A stretch of DNA of 24,000 nucleotides from Candidatus Parcubacteria bacterium (GCA_024654305.1 JANLIU010000041.1:1-24000), one strand, 5' to 3'. Counted from the first letter of the stretch, positions 6,450 through 13,728 are shown. The notes: generated from the letters alone by a model not told the origin. Numbers and translations are program-made.

Positions 6450-6527
6450 AGCTGGGATTCTTTTCGAAGAATCCCGCTGTTCGCGGAATGAATGTTCCGC
6501 CTGATGAGCTCGAAAGAGCGAAAACAG
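6450..6527 (+). ncRNA. Hammerhead ribozyme H10 (type III) with 5' clamp hairpin
   Basis: Clamp GGGAUUCUU-UUCG-AAGAAUCCC. Cleavage after C6482. Stem I GCGGAA/UUCCGC, CUGAUGA, stem II GCUC-GAAA-GAGC, GAAAACAG. Confidence 0.9.
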
Positions 6528-6582
6528 CATCCCAGCAGAGTAGAGTGAGTCGGAGTACACTGTCGCACAGTAAATTCCTCTA

Positions 6583-6658
6583 GGCTGACTTTCTAGCCAC
6601 CACTTAAGTGCATTCTCACGAGTGTATTTAAGGCAGTGCTTTCGTAAAGAGAGTGTTG
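6583..6658 (+). ncRNA. Module B copy B7 (weak hairpin 1)
   Basis: Hairpin 1 is reduced to GGCU...AGCC. Hairpin 2 CUUAAGUGCA/UGUAUUUAAG. Hairpin 3 GCAGUGCUUUC-GUAAA-GAGAGUGUUGC. Confidence 0.6.
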
Positions 6659-6737
6659 CAAATCTGTAGGATCTACTATCCTGTTGCGTCCTGCAGTACA
6701 CTGTCGTGACCTGCATCCCTACCAATGTTCTCTACCG

Positions 6738-6773
6738 AGCTGACCCCGCCCACGGCGGGGTTGCTTTTTTGTG
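6738..6773 (+). terminator. Intrinsic terminator closing the second array, built on the clamp-hairpin frame
   Basis: AGCU-G-ACCCCGCC-CAC-GGCGGGGU-U-GCU-UUUUUUGUG. This has the same AGC...GCU framing as the hairpin preceding every hammerhead, but is followed by a U-tract instead of GUUC plus a ribozyme. Confidence 0.75.
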
Positions 6774-6808
6774 TATCAATATTACCGACCAGTGCTAGTA
6801 TTGAGAAC

Positions 6809-7672
6809 ATGCCTGAAAAACAGCCCATCTACCGTAATACCGAAGACGAACGCATGTACGAGAGTTCTTATTTGAAGCCAGAAGAAGCTCATGCGCGCGC
6901 CACGGGAGCTCTGGCTGAATATGAAATCAAGCCCGAGATATTCGCCGGCCTCTATGGCGAAGACATCCTCAAACGCGATGCCGACGAGGTGGCACACCTC
7001 GAAAAAGCTTTTGAAAAAACACCTGCAAAGATTTACGGCGATATCCTCGAGGCTGTCGCGTGCGAACACGGGGAATTAAGCGATTGGTTCGGATCGAAGT
7101 CGCAGGTCATCAAGACGGCCCGTTTTGACGATTACAAGAACAAGATTGATATGATTGTTGAAACGGAGTCGGACAATAACCAATTTTCCCATCTGGCTCT
7201 TGGTATTGATGTCACGTTCGGGAGTCGGGACTTGCATAAAAAGTTTGATGCGATAAAAGCGAACATAGACGGAGGGCGACTCGGGCAAGTAAAATATTTC
7301 CATTCAGACCGTCAACATATCACCGGGCGCTTGAGGAAGATCCCGCAGGTGGTCGTCGGAGTCGAGATCGAGAGAGTGAAGGAGCTCGGTCTCTTGTGGA
7401 TGAATCGGCGGAATAAAGAGCTCGCTGAACACCCGGTGCAGATGGCAATTCTTGAAGAATCGGCATTACAGCTAAAAACATTTGCTGAATACGCAAAAAG
7501 CATCGGTAAAAATGATCTCACTGCCATCTTTGAGAGAGAATTGCAAAAAATAAATGAGATGCTGGAGGAGAAGAGGGAAGCCGGCATCATGAGCCTAGAA
7601 CAGGATAAGGTTTTTGAAGAGATAGAAAGGAATCTCGCCTCGTTTGCCACTCCCGCCACCGCACAAATTTAA
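6809..7672 (+). CDS. Hypothetical protein (287 aa), no family recognised
   Basis: ORF 6725..7672 trimmed to MPEKQPIY (ATG 6809), because the first 28 codons overlap the array terminator. TAGTAT sits 7 nt upstream of the ATG. The sequence is charged and helix-rich. Confidence 0.6.
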   Translation: MPEKQPIYRNTEDERMYESSYLKPEEAHARATGALAEYEIKPEIFAGLYGEDILKRDADEVAHLEKAFEKTPAKIYGDILEAVACEHGELSDWFGSKSQVIKTARFDDYKNKIDMIVETESDNNQFSHLALGIDVTFGSRDLHKKFDAIKANIDGGRLGQVKYFHSDRQHITGRLRKIPQVVVGVEIERVKELGLLWMNRRNKELAEHPVQMAILEESALQLKTFAEYAKSIGKNDLTAIFERELQKINEMLEEKREAGIMSLEQDKVFEEIERNLASFATPATAQI

Positions 7673-7727
7673 TAAACAAAAAGAAAGCCACTCCGAAGAG
7701 CAGCTTTGGGCAAAGAGCAAGGTGGCT
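7673..7727 (-). terminator. Possible terminator for the minus-strand gene 7731..8207
   Basis: Minus-strand AGCCAC...GUGGCU stem with a structured interior, followed by UUUCUUUUUGUUUA. The large loop makes this tentative. Confidence 0.35.
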
Positions 7728-7730
7728 GGT

Positions 7731-8207
7731 TCAGGCAGAAGAGTTCAGAACTCCGCCGAGATGAGCTTCTCCGGTAGAGACTGTGTTCTTGGATTTGGAT
7801 GCGACTTCCTTCGGCTCGGCAAACCTGAAGAGATCGCCGGTCTCAGCGATGGATGTGTCCAAGCACAATGTCCAATCGCTACAAAACACGAACGGTTTGT
7901 GAACGAACACCGGATATTGCCGCAAGATCTCGTTCCGGAAGAGGCGCCCAACGATGTCACAGAGGTCCACCTTCATCGCAAACGCGTCTGCATCTTTTTG
8001 CGGGCTCAGCTTCTGGCATTCCAGGTCCAGCATGTGCTGGAGCGTGTAGAGGCGTTTGATCTTGTGTCCTGCTTCGCCGACCGCAACATGCTGCTTTTCG
8101 CGCTGCTGTAATGGCGCGATGAATTGCTTTGCCGAGATGGCCGCGAATCTGCCGTTTATTTCTGACAAGATTCCGACGGCGTTCGTTGCACTTTTGATAT
8201 TTTCCAT
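7731..8207 (-). CDS. Hypothetical protein (158 aa)
   Basis: ORF 7731..8288 (-) trimmed to MENIKSATNAV (ATG 8207), which has GGAAAGGAA upstream. Its composition looks more protein-like than the overlapping + ORF 7644..8111. Confidence 0.5.
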   Translation of the reverse strand: MENIKSATNAVGILSEINGRFAAISAKQFIAPLQQREKQHVAVGEAGHKIKRLYTLQHMLDLECQKLSPQKDADAFAMKVDLCDIVGRLFRNEILRQYPVFVHKPFVFCSDWTLCLDTSIAETGDLFRFAEPKEVASKSKNTVSTGEAHLGGVLNSSA

Positions 8208-8354
8208 TACGTTCCTTTCCCAAAAGTTAAAAGATCTAGGCACGACTTCACCTGACGTAGGTATAGCGAGAGAATCGTTCCTCTGCAAGTTTTCGGCACA
8301 ATGCTGTGAAATGCGCGCCTCACGGAGGGCAGGGCGCGCTATACTTTACTGCAT

Positions 8355-10103
8355 ATGCACGTTTCGGAAGGCGAGCTGAAAGAGTTCATCACTGATTCGG
8401 GCCTCGTCGCCAAGAAAGAGATAGATGCGGCAGACGAGGAGGCGAAAAAGAAAGGGCAGTCGCTCGGCGATATCCTCGTATCGCGCGGTTCACTCACCGA
8501 GGACGCGCTCCGGCGTATCCAGGCGTATGTGCTCGGCATCCCGTTCGTCAATCTGAAAGACCACCACATCCCGGTCGACGTGCTCTCGCTCATTCCGGAA
8601 CCGATTGCCCGCACGCACAACATCATTGCGTATAAAAAAGGCGATGATTCACTTGAAGTGGCGATGCTCGATGTAGAGGACCTCGCCTCCATTGATTCAG
8701 TGCGTAAAAAAACGGGGCTGAAAATATTATCGCGCCTCACCGACACCGAGAGCATCAAGTATGCGCTCCTGCAATACCAAAAATCGCTCAAGGATGAATT
8801 CGGCGATATCATTTCGGCCGAAGCGGGCAAAATAAAAGTCATCGCAGAAGGCAACAAAGACCTCTCGGGTGACGACCTCAAGAAAATGGCGGAGGACTTG
8901 CCCATCGTGCGCATCGTGGACACACTCCTGCGCCACGCCATCGTGCAAGGCGCGTCCGATATTCACATAGAGCCGATGGAGGACCAAGTGATGGTGCGCT
9001 ACCGCATTGATGGCATCCTGCATGATGCGATGACACTGCCAAAAGCTGCGGCGGCCGGCATCGTCGCGCGCATCAAGGTGCTTTCCAATTTGAAACTCGA
9101 CGAGAAGCGCCTGCCGCAAGACGGACGTTTCAAAATGGAGACTGAAGCAGACCGCGTGTCGTTCCGCGTGTCCATTCTCCCGACCTTTTTCGGCGAGAAA
9201 ACCGTTATGCGTCTTCTACGCGAGACCGGCGAAGGGTTCACACTCGATGTGTTGGGTTTGCACGGAGAGAACATGGAGCGCATTCACCATGCACTGAAAC
9301 AGACGACGGGTATTATTCTCGTTTCCGGACCAACGGGCTCCGGAAAAACGACGACGCTTTACACCATGCTCGATATTCTGAACCGACCAGATGTGAATAT
9401 CTCAACCGTCGAAGATCCTATCGAGTATCAGATGAAGCGCGTGAACCAAACGCAAGTGAATCCGCAAATAGGTTTCACATTCGCCAACGGACTCCGCTCG
9501 CTCGTGCGTCAGGACCCGGACATCATCATGGTCGGCGAGATACGCGACAGCGAGACGGCATCGCTCGCCATCAATGCCGCACTCACCGGTCACCTCGTAC
9601 TCTCGACCATCCACACCAATAGCGCCGCCGGCGCCATACCGCGCCTCATTGATATGGGCGTGGAGCCGTTCCTCCTTGTGTCGACCATCCGCGTCATCAT
9701 AGGGCAACGGCTCGTGCGGAAGCTCTGTGAAGGAAAGGAAGCATACACGCTTGATGCGACCACGCGCGCGAAAATCTCAAGCGAAGAGGGATTCAATATC
9801 GCGTTCAAAGCCCTAAAGGATGAGAAGCTTGTGAAAGCGGGGTCGACGCTCGATGACATCGCATTCTATCGGCCGGTACCGTCGCCTGAGTGCGTTGATG
9901 GATATAAAAGCCGCATCGGCATCCATGAAGTGCTCGCGGTGACGCCGACCATCCGCGAGATCATCCTCCATTCGAGTACGAGCGATGCTATCGAAGCGCA
10001 AGCGAAGAAGGAAGGAATGCTCACGATGCGCGAAGACGGTCTCTACAAAGCCGCGCGCGGCATCACCAGCCTTGAGGAAGTGCTCCGTGCCATATCCGAA
10101 TAG
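8355..10103 (+). CDS. pilB: Type IV pilus assembly ATPase PilB (GspE family)
   Basis: N-terminal T2SSE_N-like domain, Walker A GPTGSGKTTT and His box LTGHLVLSTIHTN. 582 aa. Confidence 0.9.
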   Translation: MHVSEGELKEFITDSGLVAKKEIDAADEEAKKKGQSLGDILVSRGSLTEDALRRIQAYVLGIPFVNLKDHHIPVDVLSLIPEPIARTHNIIAYKKGDDSLEVAMLDVEDLASIDSVRKKTGLKILSRLTDTESIKYALLQYQKSLKDEFGDIISAEAGKIKVIAEGNKDLSGDDLKKMAEDLPIVRIVDTLLRHAIVQGASDIHIEPMEDQVMVRYRIDGILHDAMTLPKAAAAGIVARIKVLSNLKLDEKRLPQDGRFKMETEADRVSFRVSILPTFFGEKTVMRLLRETGEGFTLDVLGLHGENMERIHHALKQTTGIILVSGPTGSGKTTTLYTMLDILNRPDVNISTVEDPIEYQMKRVNQTQVNPQIGFTFANGLRSLVRQDPDIIMVGEIRDSETASLAINAALTGHLVLSTIHTNSAAGAIPRLIDMGVEPFLLVSTIRVIIGQRLVRKLCEGKEAYTLDATTRAKISSEEGFNIAFKALKDEKLVKAGSTLDDIAFYRPVPSPECVDGYKSRIGIHEVLAVTPTIREIILHSSTSDAIEAQAKKEGMLTMREDGLYKAARGITSLEEVLRAISE

Positions 10104-10110
10104 TATGAGT

Positions 10111-10228
10111 CCCGTTAGAAATCGCGGACGCTTTGGTACAATACAGAACATGAGTTCGTTTATTAACGATAATCGGATAGGGTTCGGCCGCGGCATTTGC
10201 TGCGCGTCCGCGTCCTATTTCTAACGGG
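10111..10228. mobile_element. MITE-like palindromic element E1 (118 bp) between pilB and pilC
   Basis: Terminal inverted repeats CCCGTTAGAAAT+CGCGGACGC and GCGTCCGCG+(tcct)+ATTTCTAACGGG. Flanked by direct ATGAG / ATGAG. Its core is homologous to E2. Confidence 0.7.
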
Positions 10229-11446
10229 ATGAGATTTCGCATTACGGTACGAAAAGAAGGTGCACCGGATGATAAACGGGTCGTTGAGGCGCCATCGCGT
10301 TTTGATGTGTATGAACAAATACGGAATGAAGGCGGTTTCGTCACGGCGATTGAAGAACTGCATGGATTTAGCTTGGATGCGCTTTCTCGTTTCAACATAT
10401 CTATCGGCACCGGCATCAAGCGCATGGAGATCATCCGCACGGCGAAGAATCTTTCCGCCATGCTCTCCGCCGGCCTTTCCATCTCACGCGCGCTTTCGGT
10501 CATTGAACGGCAATCGAATAACAAACATTTGAAAGCAATAGCCACAGGTATCGCCGAATCGGTGAAGAAAGGTTCTTCATTCCACGAGGCACTCGCCATG
10601 CATCCGGATGTATTCCCGGAGATATTCGTCGCGATGGCGCGGGCGGGAGAAGAATCAGGCTCTCTGGCAGACTCGCTCACGGTCGTCGCGCTCCAGATGG
10701 AACGTTCCGAAGAACTCATACGCAAGATAAAAGGTGCAATGATCTATCCGGCGATCGTCATCACTGCGGTCGTTGTCGTGGGCATCCTCATGCTCATTTA
10801 CGTAGTGCCGACGTTGACCAGCACATTCACTTCCCTCGGGGTGAAGGTTCCGCTTGCCACACGCGTCATCGTGGCACTTTCAAATTTCATGGTCGCGAAT
10901 GTGATGCTCGTGCTTGTGTCCTTGTTTGCGATCGTGGTCGGCGGCATTCTTTTCGTTCGTTCAAAAATCGGGAATAGGATCGTCCTTGCTGTCGCACTTC
11001 ATATGCCGGTCATCAACGAGCTCGTGCGCGAGACGTACACCGCGCGCGCCGCGCGGACACTCTCATCGCTCCTCTCCGCGGGAGTGCCGGTGCTTGACGC
11101 ACTTTCAATAACCAAAGCCGTCGTGCATGCAGAATCATTCGCGGATGTCGTCGCTGAAGCTGAAGCGCATGTGAAAAAAGGGGAATTGCTTTCCACCGCG
11201 TTCAGCGAACATCCGAAATTATATCCGATATTGATGAGCGACATGCTCGCGGTAGGGGAGGAGACTGGCAAAGTCGCCGAGATGCTGAAACAAATCGCGG
11301 AATTCTATGAAGAGGATGTGGCGCAGAAGACGAAGGACCTCTCGACCGTCATTGAGCCGCTCCTCATGCTTGTCATCGGCGCGGCCGTCGGTATCTTTGC
11401 GGTCGCGGTAATCTCACCTATTTATCAGCTGTCATCGGCTATCTAG
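10229..11446 (+). CDS. pilC: Type IV pilus platform protein PilC (GspF family)
   Basis: 405 aa with two T2SSF-type repeats and polytopic TM segments. Sits immediately downstream of pilB. Confidence 0.9.
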   Translation: MRFRITVRKEGAPDDKRVVEAPSRFDVYEQIRNEGGFVTAIEELHGFSLDALSRFNISIGTGIKRMEIIRTAKNLSAMLSAGLSISRALSVIERQSNNKHLKAIATGIAESVKKGSSFHEALAMHPDVFPEIFVAMARAGEESGSLADSLTVVALQMERSEELIRKIKGAMIYPAIVITAVVVVGILMLIYVVPTLTSTFTSLGVKVPLATRVIVALSNFMVANVMLVLVSLFAIVVGGILFVRSKIGNRIVLAVALHMPVINELVRETYTARAARTLSSLLSAGVPVLDALSITKAVVHAESFADVVAEAEAHVKKGELLSTAFSEHPKLYPILMSDMLAVGEETGKVAEMLKQIAEFYEEDVAQKTKDLSTVIEPLLMLVIGAAVGIFAVAVISPIYQLSSAI

Positions 11447-11447
11447 C

Positions 11448-11834
11448 ATGACCACACGCCTCACTCGAGGATTCTCTCTCATTGAAGTAACCGTCGCTGT
11501 CGCTATCATTGGCACCATGATCGTCGCGACGAGTGCACTCTTGCAGCGGCTCCCGGTGAGCGGCAGGGAAGTGCGCGACCAGGATATTGCGCTCAAGATA
11601 GCGCGGAATGAAATCGAGGTATTGCGCGCCGGTGGCTATGATGCCTTGCCTGCAAGCGGTGCGTTCGCGAATTCACTGTTGAGTTCACTTGCCTCTGGCT
11701 CTGCATCTGTCACGATCGCCGTGTATGACCCGAAGACAAAACGCGCAGATGTCGCAGTGTCGTGGACCGGCACCGGTTCCGTCACGCGTTCAGTTTTGCT
11801 TACGACGCTCATCGCGCAAAACTCCGGCCTATGA
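11448..11834 (+). CDS. Prepilin-type pseudopilin / minor pilin
   Basis: N-terminus MTTRLTRGFSLIEVTVAVAIIG carries the class III signal (G/FSLIE) plus a hydrophobic helix. Confidence 0.8.
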   Translation: MTTRLTRGFSLIEVTVAVAIIGTMIVATSALLQRLPVSGREVRDQDIALKIARNEIEVLRAGGYDALPASGAFANSLLSSLASGSASVTIAVYDPKTKRADVAVSWTGTGSVTRSVLLTTLIAQNSGL

Positions 11835-12394
11835 TAAAGCGTGGATTCACCCTCGTTGAGACATTCGTCGTCATCGCAATAAGCGTGGTTGCACTCATCG
11901 CGCTTGTAAATCTTTTTCTTATTTTCAATACCACGTACGGAAATCAGCAAGCGTTCATGGCCGCCGCCGGCTCCGCCGGCGGCGCGATGAACGCATTCGA
12001 AGCGGCGATCATGCCCGCGGACCACGTACTTGCTTCGCACAGTTTTAGCGGCACAACGTATTCTTCCGGCGCAACAGTGCTCGTTCTTTCTATTCCCGCC
12101 GCCGATGGTTCCGGCAATATCATTGCCGGAGTTGAGGATTACATCGTTTTTTATTCTTCTTCCGCTAAGCTCTACCGCTTGACCCAAGCGGGCGCAGGCA
12201 GTACTCGCATCTCCGGACTGAAAGAATTGAGTTCGACGCTGAATTCCATTTCATATACCTATGACAATGCCGACTTCACGAAAGTCACGAACGTGACGGC
12301 CGACATCGTGACGCAAGCACAATTTAAACAGCAGATAGTACAAAGTCATTTGAACGAACAGATATACCTGCGTAATCTCCCACTCTCACCATGA
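11831..12394 (+). CDS. Prepilin-type pseudopilin / minor pilin
   Basis: ORF 11762..12394 trimmed to MIKRGFTLVETFVVIAISVV (ATG 11831). It has an ATGA overlap with the upstream stop. Confidence 0.8.
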   Translation: MIKRGFTLVETFVVIAISVVALIALVNLFLIFNTTYGNQQAFMAAAGSAGGAMNAFEAAIMPADHVLASHSFSGTTYSSGATVLVLSIPAADGSGNIIAGVEDYIVFYSSSAKLYRLTQAGAGSTRISGLKELSSTLNSISYTYDNADFTKVTNVTADIVTQAQFKQQIVQSHLNEQIYLRNLPLSP

Positions 12395-13728
12395 CACACT
12401 CCACTTCACCTCTTTATTCGCGAGGGCAGATCATACTGCTCGCGCTCGTTCTCGCGGGAGTATTTGCGATGGTCTCCACGGCGCTCGTAGGATTCGTAAA
12501 TTCATACGGTCGCGCGGAACGTGTGACTGTTGCGGCAGCCCAGGCGCTCGCCATCGCCGAAGGCGCTTTGGAGAATGCAATAGGGAAACTGAACCAAAAT
12601 CCCGCATATGCCGGAGAAACGAACATAACTCTCGGTCCCGGAACTTTTACCATAACGGTGGAGAGCATCGATTCTGCTACGAAACGCATCACCGCGACCG
12701 GCTCTGTGCCGAACAGTTCTAATCCGACGGCAACCAAAATCGTGAAGGCAGACGCCGGTATCAATAATGCCACCATCTCATTTCATTATGGAATCCAGTC
12801 CGGAAATGGCGGATTCTCCATGGATAACAGCTCGCTCGTGAGAGGAAATGTGTTCTCAAGCGGTTCCGTGATCGGAACAAGCCAGAACTACATATATGGT
12901 GATGTTGTTTCGTCCGGTCCGAACGGGCTCGTTTACGGCATTCATGCTACGAGTTCTGTCTACGCACACACCATCGGAAATGCCTCCGAAAACACTATCA
13001 TTGATAAAAACGCGTATTACGCCTCTACCAACAAAACCAACACGACCGTACGAGGAACTTCATTCCCGGGCAGTCCCGACCAGCCAATCGTAGATCTGCC
13101 GATATCGGACGATCAGATAAACCAATGGGAAGCGGCGGCGGCGGCGGGAGGGACCGCTACCTGTTCAGGGGGTTCCTATTCTCTTTCTGGTTCTCAAAGC
13201 GCTACTCTCGGACCGATTAAAATACCCTGTAATCTTGTTATGAGCAACAGCTCTGTCTTAACCGTGACCGGTCATATCTGGGTAACCGGAAATATTACGG
13301 TCCAAAATTCGGCTAAAGTGAAAATGGACCCGGCCTTGGGAGCAACAAATGTGGCAATCATAGCCGACAACCCGGCTAATCGGCTCACGAATAGCACTAT
13401 AAAAGTAAAAAATACCTCGACATTCGAAAACTCCGGAACACCCGGTTCATTTGTCTTTTTGATATCGCAGAACAATAGCGCCGAGACCGGTGGGGACGAG
13501 GAAGCATTTGAGTTGAGCAATAGCGCCTCAGCCCTGGTCGCTTATGCGGCGCACGGACTTATCCCGCTCGAAAACATGGTCTCTTTGAAAGAAGTCACGG
13601 CCTATAAGATCCGCCTGAAAAATTCTGCGAACGTAACCTACGACAGCGGTCTGCCGAGTGCTGTATTCGAATCCGGTCCAGGGGGAAGCTGGGCCTTCGT
13701 ACCCGGTAGCTACGCCATAACGCGCTGA
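12391..13728 (+). CDS. Pilus-associated protein with a PilX_N-like N-terminal anchor (445 aa)
   Basis: N-terminus SRGQIILLALVLAGVFAMVSTALVGFVNS resembles PilX N-terminal domains. The rest is Ser/Thr/Asn/Gly-rich and beta-rich. ATGA overlap with the upstream gene. Confidence 0.5.
   Translation: MTHSTSPLYSRGQIILLALVLAGVFAMVSTALVGFVNSYGRAERVTVAAAQALAIAEGALENAIGKLNQNPAYAGETNITLGPGTFTITVESIDSATKRITATGSVPNSSNPTATKIVKADAGINNATISFHYGIQSGNGGFSMDNSSLVRGNVFSSGSVIGTSQNYIYGDVVSSGPNGLVYGIHATSSVYAHTIGNASENTIIDKNAYYASTNKTNTTVRGTSFPGSPDQPIVDLPISDDQINQWEAAAAAGGTATCSGGSYSLSGSQSATLGPIKIPCNLVMSNSSVLTVTGHIWVTGNITVQNSAKVKMDPALGATNVAIIADNPANRLTNSTIKVKNTSTFENSGTPGSFVFLISQNNSAETGGDEEAFELSNSASALVAYAAHGLIPLENMVSLKEVTAYKIRLKNSANVTYDSGLPSAVFESGPGGSWAFVPGSYAITR

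Noticed and set aside
2449-6658. Canonical CRISPR array
   Set aside because: The repeats are 75-105 nt, of two alternating kinds, and differ in sequence between copies, conserving structure instead. The intervening segments share motifs with each other. No cas1, cas2 or other canonical cas genes are in the window. It is periodic, but not a CRISPR by any standard definition.
2754-6658. Assigning module B to a known self-cleaving class (twister, twister-sister, pistol, hatchet, HDV-like, hairpin)
   Set aside because: I could not map the conserved cores or pseudoknots of those classes, as I remember them, onto three simple consecutive hairpins. I left it as an unknown structured RNA, and a cmscan would be decisive.
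2110-6725. Minus-strand ORFs through the arrays (2110..2559, 2734..3027, 3191..3454, 3700..3897, 5686..5943, 6239..6568, 6399..6725) that share a recurring peptide such as LFSLFRAHQG..FPEQRD
   Set aside because: The repeated peptide is just the reverse-complement translation of the conserved hammerhead core (CUGAUGAG..CGAAAACAG). The frames are not conserved between copies, the ORFs have no RBS, and variation follows RNA base-pairing rather than codon logic.
7644-8111. 155-aa plus-strand ORF overlapping the minus-strand gene 7731..8207
   Set aside because: It lacks an RBS and starts inside the previous gene's end. The minus-strand frame has an SD-like GGAAAGGAA and a more protein-like composition. 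Confidence in either frame is only moderate.
8313-8339. Inverted repeat GCGCGCC-N13-GGCGCGC just upstream of the pilB -10 box
   Set aside because: It could be an operator or a structural element, but it occurs once, has no U-tract and matches no recognisable binding-site family. There is not enough evidence to call it.
8339-10725. Minus-strand ORFs 8339..8941 (200 aa) and 10063..10725 (220 aa)
   Set aside because: They are antisense to pilB and pilC, which carry unmistakable ATPase and platform-protein motifs.
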